Shown: positions 1-9,264, counted from the first letter of the stretch. The stretch: DNA of 17,515 nt from Candidatus Thorarchaeota archaeon (GCA_016840855.1 JAEORO010000081.1:1-17515); one strand, 5' to 3'. Notes: generated from the sequence alone by a model not told the origin. Made by a program: numbers and translations.

Positions 1-894
1 GGGATTGCAGCTTCATTGTATATCATATATCGAGTGACAACAATAGTTCCATCTTTCGAATTCTTCCCCTTTATTGAAGGATCACTTTTCACTGATATTC
101 TGGTCATTCTAGGAATTGCGATTCCTGTCATTGTTATTGAGTATTTTATCATCGCACTACCCCTTGCAGCACTTTACCTTTTGGGTAGTCGGATGATAAA
201 ATCAGCCACTTACAACTTCAGCATCATGGACATAGGACAAGACTTTGGAGGTTACCGAATGCTCCGCAGGAGTGTCGCTCCTGCTCTTTTTAGTCTCAGC
301 TCTGCAGGGCTGGTTGTGGGTCTCATTGAGGGAGTTATAACAGAGAGCTATTCCTCTTTTCTTCCTGATGAGCGATATCTGATTGGATTAAGCATAACTC
401 TAATGGGCGCTCTCATAATCATGCCAATTGCTTTAGCATTGTTCATGCCCACATGGATTCTCAATGACGCTGGTATTGTCACACATCTCAAAGAAGGACA
501 ATTGGAAGTTCGACAATGTCCTGACACGGAAGGTGTAGGTCGTTGGTATAGTAGTATGCTTGGAGGTTACTCACTGTTCGCATTTCCAATTGCGATGGTG
601 AGTGCACATTTCATCAGACTTTTCATCATTGAGGGTATAACTCCTGAACCACGATTGCTTCTCATCAGCAGTTTGTGGACCATAGGAATACCTTTGCTCA
701 TGATGGCATTCATAATCCCCGTTGTATTCTTGAATGAAGCAGCGCTGAAAAGATCTATTAGTTTCATTCAACGTTTTGCGCGAGGCCTTGCAGCCAAGGA
801 AGTAGAAAGACCTGTAATTGCGAGAAAAGATGCAAAGAAAAAACCAGAGAAAGAATCTCCAGAAGAACCAGTCAAAGAAGAGCTGGATTTCTGA
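1..894 (+). CDS. Multi-pass membrane protein of unknown function, 5'-truncated by the window edge
   Basis: Frame 1 is open from base 1 (GIAASLYIIY...) to TGA at 892-894. It has several long hydrophobic segments and a charged C-terminal tail (KKKPEKESPEEPVKEELDF). No family recognised. Confidence 0.8.
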   Translation, partial: GIAASLYIIYRVTTIVPSFEFFPFIEGSLFTDILVILGIAIPVIVIEYFIIALPLAALYLLGSRMIKSATYNFSIMDIGQDFGGYRMLRRSVAPALFSLSSAGLVVGLIEGVITESYSSFLPDERYLIGLSITLMGALIIMPIALALFMPTWILNDAGIVTHLKEGQLEVRQCPDTEGVGRWYSSMLGGYSLFAFPIAMVSAHFIRLFIIEGITPEPRLLLISSLWTIGIPLLMMAFIIPVVFLNEAALKRSISFIQRFARGLAAKEVERPVIARKDAKKKPEKESPEEPVKEELDF

Positions 895-919
895 TGTGTC
901 TTCCCTTTAGTGGGCTATA

Positions 920-2008
920 CTAGCGCTTTCGAAGAAGGACAATGATTACCACTATACACGCCGTACCCCCAACAACACCTGGAATAATCCATTGCATTGG
1001 ATTTGGTGTAGATCCTGGACTCGTTGTTTTTTCAACAACTAGTAGATTCTCTGCATCGCAACAGGTGATTTCATTCAAGTATACATCCCATGCTTTGAAA
1101 TCGACAGTATAATTACCAATCTCGAGTCCCTCCACAAGACCAGTAAAGATGCCATCAGTGCTCGTTTCATCAAGAAATATGCATTGGACATGAACGTCCG
1201 ACACACGCTCACCTGTTGTTTCATTTAGAGCGAATATCTCAGCATCAACAGAGTAGACCCCCGTCACATCACTGAATTCCACTGTGAAACTAACATTAGT
1301 CCCGAGAGTACTAGACTGCGGAGATACTATCACATTCACTAATATTGGGGCATCAGCTTCATAGACTCCAATAGCTGTAGCAATTGCCTCACACATCTCT
1401 TCACGATAATATCTACTTCTGACTCCCGTCACTATGTTCTCGTCAATGATTGGTGGCACTAACTCATTGAATATAGCTCCTGCAGCTTCGTATTCAGAAG
1501 CATAGTCTGCATTTCCAGTGATGTTCTTTCCATCAATCACATCTGCCTCAGCAAGGACTCTCACACCACGGCACCATGCACTCACGACTATATCTTGATT
1601 CACTGCTTCTTTTATCAGATTGAGGGATGTCTGATTGGACAGGAGTAGTTCGTGGGACTCTCCTGGCATGACGGATATTGCATCGAATTGTGACACATCA
1701 TCTATTTCTGTCATCAATATATCAACAGAGAACAACTCATAACCTAGGTATCCACACGAAGTCAGAGTTTTATTCAATCCTGTTGTTGTGATACTCCATC
1801 CATACCGTTCAAAAATCTCAATAATAAATTGCACATTCGCCCCATAGTCATGATCCATTAACAATAAGATTTTGACCGAATCTTCAGAATATGTACCAAC
1901 ATCTGCTAATGCTACTGATGAATTGACCGAGCCTGAAAAAACAAGCACGAGGAGCAATCCTAGCAGAACTCCTCTAAAAACGCATCTTCTTGAGAATGAA
2001 CTCAACAT
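920..2008 (-). CDS. Exported, C-terminally membrane-anchored DJ-1/PfpI-family (class I glutamine amidotransferase-like) protein
   Basis: N-terminal signal-like segment (RRCVFRGVLLGLLLVLVFS). DJ-1-type motifs FDAISVMPG, VSAWCRGVRVLAEADVIDGKNITG and IIDENIVTG. A beta-rich Ig-like region and Pro/Thr/Ser linker follow, then a C-terminal TM helix ending LLRKR. Confidence 0.8.
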   Translation of the reverse strand: MLSSFSRRCVFRGVLLGLLLVLVFSGSVNSSVALADVGTYSEDSVKILLLMDHDYGANVQFIIEIFERYGWSITTTGLNKTLTSCGYLGYELFSVDILMTEIDDVSQFDAISVMPGESHELLLSNQTSLNLIKEAVNQDIVVSAWCRGVRVLAEADVIDGKNITGNADYASEYEAAGAIFNELVPPIIDENIVTGVRSRYYREEMCEAIATAIGVYEADAPILVNVIVSPQSSTLGTNVSFTVEFSDVTGVYSVDAEIFALNETTGERVSDVHVQCIFLDETSTDGIFTGLVEGLEIGNYTVDFKAWDVYLNEITCCDAENLLVVEKTTSPGSTPNPMQWIIPGVVGGTACIVVIIVLLRKR

Positions 2009-2122
2009 ACTCTATGACACCGGGTAGTATCTAGAATTGCAAATAACCTAATAATATGCCATTGGCGCAACTTTTTTACCAGAAAATACTAACTATAGTT
2101 AATTAAATGGTGGTGGGTTCTT

Positions 2123-2569
2123 ATGACCAAATTGATCGATGTTGAGATAAAGCAGAACACACTCGTACGTGCAAAACCGGATATGGTCTACGATGCTCTG
2201 ACTACAGCTGATGGTCTAAATGCTTGGTTCACCGTTGGGTCAGAGGTTGATCCAAGAACAGGTGGAACTATTACATTCCGCTGGAAGGACTGGGGTCCTG
2301 ATAAATACACAACTGAGGCAAAGGGTCCAGTTTTGGAAGCCAAGCGCCCTGAAAGGTTTGTGTTCCAGTGGAGTGCTGACAACCCAACTTATGCAACTAC
2401 AATTGAGATTGACTTTGAAGAAGTGGAAGAAGGTACTATTGTTCGTTTACGAGAACATGGATATCATGACACACCGTCTGGGAGAGCTGCCATGTTGGAG
2501 TGCGCTTCAGGTTGGGGTGAAGCCCTCACGCTCATGAAATACTATGTAGAACATGGAATCACTTACTGA
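2123..2569 (+). CDS. SRPBCC/AHSA1 (START-like) domain protein
   Basis: Motifs VYDALTTADGLNAWF, DPRTGG, PERFVFQW, GTIVRLREHG and GWGEALTLMK are typical of AHSA1-like proteins. GGTGG SD-like motif upstream. Confidence 0.9.
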   Translation: MTKLIDVEIKQNTLVRAKPDMVYDALTTADGLNAWFTVGSEVDPRTGGTITFRWKDWGPDKYTTEAKGPVLEAKRPERFVFQWSADNPTYATTIEIDFEEVEEGTIVRLREHGYHDTPSGRAAMLECASGWGEALTLMKYYVEHGITY

Positions 2570-2670
2570 GCTACTCTAGAATCTCCTAACAATTCATCGA
2601 ATTCTCATATGTAATGGCCTCCGTTATATGTGCCGAGTTATCCTTTATTTAGGCCACTTAATTCCAACCT

Positions 2671-3138
2671 TTAAGTCGAAGAAAATCTATAGGGGACATA
2701 GTCAGTCATAGGGACCTCTCTTCCGAGCATCTTCAAACCCATAGCAATTTGTCCTCTGTGATACGTAAAATGATTCACTAAATGGAAGTACATCTCATCT
2801 ATGTTTATCACTATAGTCTTTCCATCCCTTTCATCTTCAAAGCTTTCAATGATTCTATCCTCGGCTGCTTTTCGCCATTTTTTTAGATAATCAGAAATAA
2901 GCTGATAGAGCTCTTTTCTTGACATATTATAAAAATCAGGCTCTTCGGGGTTTCCGTCATACCAATCATGAAACCAATCCCACGTATCTTCAGCCAAGTG
3001 AATGTACCTTAGATGAATACTACCTGCACCCTCCCCAAGTGATTGTTCAAATTCGTTAATACCTAAGGTTTCAACTATTCTCCAGATTGAATTATTTGCC
3101 CAAGTCAAGTAGGCTGCCATCTTCTCAATGGGAAACAT
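2671..3138 (-). CDS. DinB/YfiT-family four-helix-bundle putative metalloprotein
   Basis: Motifs YLTWAN, GSIHLRYIHL and HLVNHFTYHRGQI match the DinB His triad; 155 aa. Confidence 0.9.
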   Translation of the reverse strand: MFPIEKMAAYLTWANNSIWRIVETLGINEFEQSLGEGAGSIHLRYIHLAEDTWDWFHDWYDGNPEEPDFYNMSRKELYQLISDYLKKWRKAAEDRIIESFEDERDGKTIVINIDEMYFHLVNHFTYHRGQIAMGLKMLGREVPMTDYVPYRFSST

Positions 3139-3194
3139 AAACTTCCAGTAAGACCCACATCCTAAAGAAGGTAGTCACATTGTCATATGTTAGT

Positions 3195-5297
3195 CTATTG
3201 GGATTCTAAAGATTGACTGAACGATTTCTTGAAATTTTCAGCTTTCTCATTAAATCCATATTTCTCCCACGCTTTCATGGCTGAATCAAACGTGTCCTTG
3301 GCCATGTTTAGATACTTCTCATCCGCCAATCTAATCCATGCTTTAGACAGGAGGTCCATAAGAGGAACTGACATCATTGCTAATTCATAGTCGAATTTAT
3401 GGGGGTCTTGTACAACAATTCTATTCAAGTCAACAACGCGATCTACAATCCTCTTCAATTCTGGTTTCTCAAGAGTGTCAGCAATTAGAGATGCATGATA
3501 GCTTGCAGACATTGCATCATCCCTAATCACTTCACCATACGATAGGAACCACTCTTGCACATCGAGTGCAATATCTACTCCCATTCTTAGAATCCTTGTA
3601 CGTATCTCATCATGAAGTAGTCTCGACGCCAGTGCAGTGAGCGAAGTCATTATGTTGCATAGGTATGTAGCATATGTGGTGGGTCGAGTAATTTGCGTGG
3701 CATCAATTGTGTTGATATCAAGAAGTTGCATAGCTGCATATAGTAACCGAATCTCCGCTTCCGGTAGTTTCTCAGCTCTGGATAGAACAGGCGAAATTGA
3801 GTTTGTCATAACAAAAAGAGAGAATCTAACTCTGGATTTTGGCCACTCTTCAACCATTGTTTCATAGATGTCACGAAGGAACTCAATAGTACGATGGATG
3901 TGGTTGTTTCTTGCATCTCCAGTTGACAGGAAGTAGTATTCAGCATGAGCAACACCCACACTTTGAAACACACTGTCAAGTGTGTACGCAAAGAGCGGCG
4001 TGTTTGTCATCATCAATTCTCTAAAGTAATCCCGATAGAGCTTGAGAACTTCTTCGAGGAAGACTTTACGTTCTCCAATCGATAAAACTGGTGATTCAGT
4101 CAAAGCCGTCAGCACTGCAATATAGTTCTGTAACTTCAATGATGCAGTGATTCCAATTTCAATTCCTTTCCCCTCTTTCTGCAATTCCCACATTAATTCG
4201 TCATTTGTTACCCACCTGATACTCCCAAGAATACTAGACATCTGAGTCTTGTATAAGTCAAGTTCATCCTTGAACCCATCGTAGCTTGTAATCGAATATA
4301 GTTTGTTGAAAATGTGGTTTCTATCTTGAATCGCCTCAATAAATGAACAGTAGACTTCTGACTTTCCCTTATAGAGTCTAACTAACCTACTAGAAAAATC
4401 AGGGTAGTCCACAACTCGAGGGTCAAGAAAGAGAAAACCAAGCATAAGATGTTCATCATCATCAATAAAATCAAAATGGTTCATTGACTCTCTAAAAACA
4501 CGCACATAGTCCGCAGGAATGACTTCACCTGCTACAGACCCAACAAGAACCTTGGCAAAATCAGTGAAAGGGTGATCATTAGGCAGCTTTGAAACAATTG
4601 CTCTTAACTCCGCTAATGTGGGGGGCACCGCTTTTGTCATAGAGTGTGCCAAAGCCCCCATCTTGATACTGAATATTCCTGCTACTACCCCATCATTGTC
4701 TATAGCAACTGCACATGCCTTGTCAAATTCCCCTCTCATAGCATATGCTAATGCATTACCCACTGAACCTATAGACACATCCTTTAGCTTTGCCCATTTC
4801 TCTTCTGGTTCAGGCCTAGCCAGAAGGTCATCAACTTCCAGTAATATTTTTGTAAAACGATCATCATTTCTTAGCTTATCATATACCGGGTTCCAGATAT
4901 CTGAAAGCGCTTCAGGAAATGATGTTTCAACATGATCTCTGACATAGGGATTAAGAATCCGCTCGATTATACTGATCTGTTCGTCATTAACGGAACCATC
5001 TGCGAATTGAATTTCAGACTCATCTATCTTCTCTGCAATGACTCGCAGAAGGCTATCCATATAGTCTTCTGCCTTGCTTACCAGTGCAATCACTGTGAAT
5101 CCTTTATGAGTTTCTGTAACAATCAGTGTGTTATCTTTGAACGCTAATCTTCTTACTTCGCCGCTACCTGTTATGTCACTCAATGCTCTGGTAGCTTCAA
5201 TCAGTGGCCCAAGAATTAGCTCTCCTTCGGCTTCCATTGAGCTCTTAAACTTGATAGGTACACCGCCTTCAGTCAGAACACCCATCAGTCTAATCAT
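3195..5297 (-). CDS. ~700-aa protein with an N-terminal longin-like domain and a long alpha-helical region
   Basis: The start is taken as ATG 5297 rather than TTG 5342. The N-terminus (MIRLMGVLTEGGVPIKFKS...LILGPLIEATRALSDITGSGEVRRLAFKDNTLIVTETHKGFTVIALVS...YMDSLLRVIAEKI) fits a longin beta-beta-alpha-beta-beta-beta-alpha pattern. The remainder looks helical. The ORF is solid; the domain call is by eye. Confidence 0.6.
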   Translation of the reverse strand: MIRLMGVLTEGGVPIKFKSSMEAEGELILGPLIEATRALSDITGSGEVRRLAFKDNTLIVTETHKGFTVIALVSKAEDYMDSLLRVIAEKIDESEIQFADGSVNDEQISIIERILNPYVRDHVETSFPEALSDIWNPVYDKLRNDDRFTKILLEVDDLLARPEPEEKWAKLKDVSIGSVGNALAYAMRGEFDKACAVAIDNDGVVAGIFSIKMGALAHSMTKAVPPTLAELRAIVSKLPNDHPFTDFAKVLVGSVAGEVIPADYVRVFRESMNHFDFIDDDEHLMLGFLFLDPRVVDYPDFSSRLVRLYKGKSEVYCSFIEAIQDRNHIFNKLYSITSYDGFKDELDLYKTQMSSILGSIRWVTNDELMWELQKEGKGIEIGITASLKLQNYIAVLTALTESPVLSIGERKVFLEEVLKLYRDYFRELMMTNTPLFAYTLDSVFQSVGVAHAEYYFLSTGDARNNHIHRTIEFLRDIYETMVEEWPKSRVRFSLFVMTNSISPVLSRAEKLPEAEIRLLYAAMQLLDINTIDATQITRPTTYATYLCNIMTSLTALASRLLHDEIRTRILRMGVDIALDVQEWFLSYGEVIRDDAMSASYHASLIADTLEKPELKRIVDRVVDLNRIVVQDPHKFDYELAMMSVPLMDLLSKAWIRLADEKYLNMAKDTFDSAMKAWEKYGFNEKAENFKKSFSQSLESQ

Positions 5298-5481
5298 TAC
5301 AAACACACTACCGTCTATGTAAACGTACTTTCCGTTCAACAAATTGCGAAAAAAGCCTTCTTGATATGGACTACACGCACCCGTCTACTTTTTTCAATCT
5401 CTCCTAACAATTTGATATAATTACATGAGTCTTAAATATCGCATATTATGGAAATAGACCCACCAATATCAGGTGAGATCA

Positions 5482-6351
5482 ATGTGCGAGTGGTGCTTCA
5501 AACACGGCGATGGTGGCAAATGGTACGAAAATGCTAGATTATACAGGAATGAACTTGCAGACGAGTACAATGCCAGTGAATACCTAGAAGAGCAATGGAA
5601 AAACATGGAAACCCTATTCATTCGAAAGATAATGGGCTTCAATTCAATTGGTCTGGGCTATAAGATGCAGATGCCTATCATTGGTCGTTTGATTCGAAAG
5701 GTTGTTGAAGGTCAAATTCATAGCGAGAAGAAGAACAGGAATCCTGTGAGAGCTGACGGTCACTTTGGCCAAGTGATTCCTCTGGAGGACGCTCAACACA
5801 TCATGGGAAACCTTGCTGCTGAACCCATCATCAAGAACTATTGTGTTTGCAGATGGATGCAGCGAGGTGTTAAAGATGCAGTCTGCATTAACTTCGGTCA
5901 ACTCTCTGAAGTGATTGAGAAGCACACAAGATACATTCCAGAAGGAGTGAAGTACCGGCTTGATCGTGAGGAAGCGATTCAGGCTCTGCAAGAACAAAAT
6001 GAGAGAGGTTATGTCGCATCAGTGTGGTTCCAACCAGTTCCATACATCAATGCGATTTGTTCGTGTGAAACTCCGGAATGCGGTGGATTTCGTCTAAGGA
6101 ATGACTTTGATTTGCGCACTATATACAAAGGAGAGTATCTGATTGATATCGACATCGATAAGTGCCAAGGCTGCAAGTCCTGCGTGAGAATGTGTCAGTT
6201 TAATGCACTAAGATACATCCCATCAGTAAACAGAGTGATTGTTGATTTGGATAAGTGCTTTGGCTGCGGAGTTTGTAGACATGCTTGTAAGCATGATGCT
6301 CTCAATTTAGTTCCAAGAGAGTCTGTACTAGGTCAAGCTGGGAAATATTGA
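5482..6351 (+). CDS. Cys-rich Fe-S protein with a C-terminal 2x[4Fe-4S] ferredoxin domain
   Basis: Two CxxCxxCxxxC motifs (CQGCKSCVRMC, CFGCGVCRHAC) plus MCEWCFKH, CVCR, CINF and ICSCETPEC. AGGTGAG SD precedes ATG 5482 (the ORF track starts at GTG 5473). Confidence 0.85.
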   Translation: MCEWCFKHGDGGKWYENARLYRNELADEYNASEYLEEQWKNMETLFIRKIMGFNSIGLGYKMQMPIIGRLIRKVVEGQIHSEKKNRNPVRADGHFGQVIPLEDAQHIMGNLAAEPIIKNYCVCRWMQRGVKDAVCINFGQLSEVIEKHTRYIPEGVKYRLDREEAIQALQEQNERGYVASVWFQPVPYINAICSCETPECGGFRLRNDFDLRTIYKGEYLIDIDIDKCQGCKSCVRMCQFNALRYIPSVNRVIVDLDKCFGCGVCRHACKHDALNLVPRESVLGQAGKY

Positions 6352-6361
6352 GGTGCCAAGG

Positions 6362-6646
6362 ATGGTAAAGAAGACAAAGATTACAATCGACTACTCAAGG
6401 TGTCACTCAGGTGCAAGTACTGATCCGCGTGATTGCAGAAAATGTCTATTGATCTGTGATCCAGCTGTTTTTCTGATGCATCCAACACTTGAAGACCATC
6501 CAGATCCCCACAATCCCGAAATCTGGAGAATTGATGCAATTTGGCTCTCAAAATGTACTGGTTGTATGAAATGTGTAGACATATGTCCTGAACAGGCAAT
6601 CACTGTCGTTCCTGGTGTTACCCTTTATCAGATGAAGGCCCGATGA
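6362..6646 (+). CDS. Small ferredoxin-like 4Fe-4S protein
   Basis: Motifs IDYSRC(x10)CRKCLLICDP and CTGCMKCVDICPEQAI. GAGGTG SD overlaps the upstream stop and precedes ATG 6362 (alternative GTG 6353). Its 3' end overlaps the convergent gene by 29 nt. Confidence 0.85.
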   Translation: MVKKTKITIDYSRCHSGASTDPRDCRKCLLICDPAVFLMHPTLEDHPDPHNPEIWRIDAIWLSKCTGCMKCVDICPEQAITVVPGVTLYQMKAR

Positions 6647-7610
6647 GCGTAGTTATTGGTCTTGACTGAAGGATGACTAGGCTACCATCTGGTTTGATAC
6701 ACCACTCGATATCCTGAGGGTACTCCATCTCACTCTCAATTTTCAATCCAACCTCTGCAATATCAAATAGGGTTTCATCATCCAGAGTATGTTTTGCCTG
6801 TCTATCCATTGGTGTTTTTTCCAATGTCAATTGTCCTCTCTTAGGAATGGAGGTAAAATTCTTTCCACCAAGAGTGCGTTGAATCACACTAGATGGAGTC
6901 TTCGTTAGTATATAGGTATCAGGTACTATCTTCCCTGAAACAAGAGCGTCACCAAAGCCCCAAGCTGCATTAATCAAAAGCTCATTTGCATTATTATTGG
7001 CAACATTTACAGTAAACATCACGCCTGAAATATCTGCAGGAATCATTTCTTGAACAATGACCGCCATCTTCATTTGTCTAAGAGGAATTCTCTTTGTTTT
7101 TAGATAGATTATAGCACGCTCTGAGAATGCTGATTGCCATACTTTCTTCACTGATTCTATGATTTTTCTAAAGCTCTTTATGCAGAGATAACTTTCTGCC
7201 TGTCCCGCGAATGAAATATCTCTGTGATCTTCTATTGTTGCTGATGACCGTACTGCAAAACCAAGCTCACTGCTCGTGCTTAGCTCATTGAGATTTTGAA
7301 TGCCAATTGTTATCTCAGACTCTAAACTTTTAGGTACTCGATACTTTTCTATCATCTTTTGCAGATTTTCTGAAATCTCTAAAATCTCTTCAAAATCTTC
7401 AGAATCGTCTGCTTGTTTCAGAAAATTGGCTAAATCTTGATTATTTTCTACCATTTGCGCAAACCCAATAGAGGAAATCGAAAACCCTGCTGGTGTGAGA
7501 AAACCGCTTTGTGCCAGTTTTACTAAATTTACAGCTTTTCCTCCATGATTTTCTACATCATCTACTTGAATCTCTTCAAGATTGTGAACAATTTGCAAAT
7601 AATCTATCAC
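6618..7610 (-). CDS. Stand-alone ATP-grasp (PPDK_N) subunit of a PEP-synthase/dikinase-like enzyme
   Basis: Motifs GGKAVNL, AVRSSATIED..SFAGQ, MAVIVQEMI, SGVMFT, WGFGDALVSG..PDTY, PQDIEW and LQSRPIT. The protein ends just after RPIT, with no His or pyruvate-binding domain. Confidence 0.92.
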   Translation of the reverse strand: MIDYLQIVHNLEEIQVDDVENHGGKAVNLVKLAQSGFLTPAGFSISSIGFAQMVENNQDLANFLKQADDSEDFEEILEISENLQKMIEKYRVPKSLESEITIGIQNLNELSTSSELGFAVRSSATIEDHRDISFAGQAESYLCIKSFRKIIESVKKVWQSAFSERAIIYLKTKRIPLRQMKMAVIVQEMIPADISGVMFTVNVANNNANELLINAAWGFGDALVSGKIVPDTYILTKTPSSVIQRTLGGKNFTSIPKRGQLTLEKTPMDRQAKHTLDDETLFDIAEVGLKIESEMEYPQDIEWCIKPDGSLVILQSRPITTLIGPSSDKG

Positions 7611-7957
7611 TCCGTGACAAATAACACACCGGTAGTCCCCTCTTGAGGTTGAATCATCACATATCTTCTATCCAGTTTTTCAGGACTTTCAATCATGGTG
7701 CCCATTAGTGCAGGTATCTCAAACTCTCTTGTGACTATCGCTAGATGAGAGCCAAGAGATCCTGTTAGGCACACGACGCCTGCAAGCCTTGATAGAATCG
7801 GTGCCAGAAAGGTTGTTCCCCCATCATTTACGAGGACTATCTTCCCATCGGGTCCTTCTTTTAGAAGCTGCAACACCTCTTTCATAGTAGTGATATATCT
7901 AAGTTCACCTTCTGCTGCAAGATTTAAAGAAATGAGGCCTCGTGCGATTTCTTTCAA
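7607..7957 (-). CDS. Stand-alone phospho-histidine swivel (PEP-utilizer mobile) domain protein
   Basis: GVVCLTGSLGSHLAIVTREFEIPALMG matches the SH.AIV.RE..IP phosphocarrier signature. Its stop overlaps the start of the ATP-grasp gene (GTGA). TTG start with GAAGGATGGT upstream. Confidence 0.9.
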   Translation of the reverse strand: MKEIARGLISLNLAAEGELRYITTMKEVLQLLKEGPDGKIVLVNDGGTTFLAPILSRLAGVVCLTGSLGSHLAIVTREFEIPALMGTMIESPEKLDRRYVMIQPQEGTTGVLFVTE

Positions 7958-7994
7958 CTTACCATCCTTCCTCGGACTTCAAGCGGGACATATT

Positions 7995-8038
7995 TAGCTT
8001 GTAATAAGCTTCGCGCTAGCTTCTGAAATGCTTAATAC
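7995..8038. promoter_or_regulatory. Four 11-bp-phased WWGCTT units in a divergent promoter (candidate operator array)
   Basis: TAGCTTGTAAT / AAGCTTCGCGC / TAGCTTCTGAA / ATGCTTAATAC start at 7995, 8006, 8017 and 8028. They sit next to a TATA-like TAAATATG on the minus strand at about 7989-7996. Confidence 0.45.
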
Positions 8039-8097
8039 TCACTATTTCTTGAAATTGGATTCAGAGTGCTATTATACATTTGATAGAAGTGGTGGCA

Positions 8098-9255
8098 ATG
8101 GACATCAGTGAAACAAACAAGATGATTCAACACATCTCAGATACTTTTTCTGAAATATTAGCTGAACGCGGGCTTCTTGAATCTGAAATATTCCCAACAA
8201 ATGAGTACATCTCAGTGTCATGCTACCATACCTATTATCATCTTTATGATGTTATGAAACAGGTCTGGGAAAAAACATCACCCGAAAAACTTGCCAAACA
8301 GAGTAAGGTTCTATTATCCGAAATACATGCTCTGTCCATTACGTATCTCTGGCTCTACTACTCACTCGGGCGTATGGGAATCGTCTTCGACAAATGTGAC
8401 AGTAATCCGAAGGAAGAAGCTGAGGAGAAACAGAAGCACTGGCAATGGATGCTTGAGAAGTGGCATAAGCTTGGTACAACCTACTTTAATACTGAAAAAC
8501 CAACAGTTGCTGCATCTGGTGGGAAGAATCTAGCTTTCGATGAGGATGTTTTGAACTGGATAAAGGATAAACTTGAACCAGTTGGAATTGACCAAGTCAA
8601 GAAAATTCGACGTATAATGGGTCAGATAGAGCTCTATGCCTTCATGGATGAGTGTGAGGCACGTGCCAAGCTTATCGACCACGGACCATATCGAATTTCA
8701 GAAGATGAGTTTCTTGTTATGACTGAGTTCACTAGGTTGCATGATGGAAAGGGTGACCTCTGGCTACCTTGGTCTGACACTGAAGCAAAACTCCCATCTG
8801 CTAAGCTAGGCGTGGCAATGACGATTGAAGGGGCTTCGGCTACATTCAACGATATTGGCACAATGACTATTGAGCCTGGTGACTACTCAAATCTCGTCAC
8901 CAGTATTGCAGCATATACAGAACGAGGAAACAAGATTATTCCTCTAGGTCTTGATGAGCTACCTGCATATGGAGATGCTGCAGAAGCTGCTCTCTCTGAG
9001 CTATACATGAAGTTTGCAGACTGGGACAAGAAGAAGCTCATGCTTGCTGGCGCTGTGGCATACTGGAGAGGGTTTGCTCGATATACTGATAAAGTGGGTA
9101 TCACAGGAAAGATTGACTGGAGTATCTCACAGTCTGTTATAGATGAGTATGTGCCATTCTTTATGGACAATGATGCAGATCCGGCTTTCATCAGATTTGG
9201 CCGATTTGATGACGAAATGGAGGAAGATCCAACTCTCTACTTATTACCCGAGTAG
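8098..9255 (+). CDS. Soluble ~385-aa protein of unknown function; candidate acceptor-binding subunit of the split dikinase
   Basis: Long clean ORF (ATG 8098 after GGTGG; the ORF track starts at TTG 8080) divergent from the His/ATP-grasp genes. Notable segments: ERGLLESEIFP, ELYAFMDECEAR..LIDHGPY, LPWSD, FNDIGT. Function is inferred from context only. Confidence 0.7.
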   Translation: MDISETNKMIQHISDTFSEILAERGLLESEIFPTNEYISVSCYHTYYHLYDVMKQVWEKTSPEKLAKQSKVLLSEIHALSITYLWLYYSLGRMGIVFDKCDSNPKEEAEEKQKHWQWMLEKWHKLGTTYFNTEKPTVAASGGKNLAFDEDVLNWIKDKLEPVGIDQVKKIRRIMGQIELYAFMDECEARAKLIDHGPYRISEDEFLVMTEFTRLHDGKGDLWLPWSDTEAKLPSAKLGVAMTIEGASATFNDIGTMTIEPGDYSNLVTSIAAYTERGNKIIPLGLDELPAYGDAAEAALSELYMKFADWDKKKLMLAGAVAYWRGFARYTDKVGITGKIDWSISQSVIDEYVPFFMDNDADPAFIRFGRFDDEMEEDPTLYLLPE

Positions 9256-9264
9256 GTGCTCGTA

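Noticed and set aside
3172-3180. TAGTCACAT upstream of the DinB-family gene matching 16766-16774 (shared regulon?)
   Set aside because: It is a single 9-nt match without the second palindrome arm, too weak to separate from chance.
5298-5342. TTG-initiated 15-aa extension of the longin-like ORF
   Set aside because: The longin-like pattern starts at MIRLMG (ATG 5297); the extension is probably promoter or leader sequence.
6618-7957. Frameshifted or pseudogenised ppsA
   Set aside because: The His-domain gene precedes the ATP-grasp gene, opposite to the PpsA domain order. Both have clean ends, a GTGA overlap and intact motifs.
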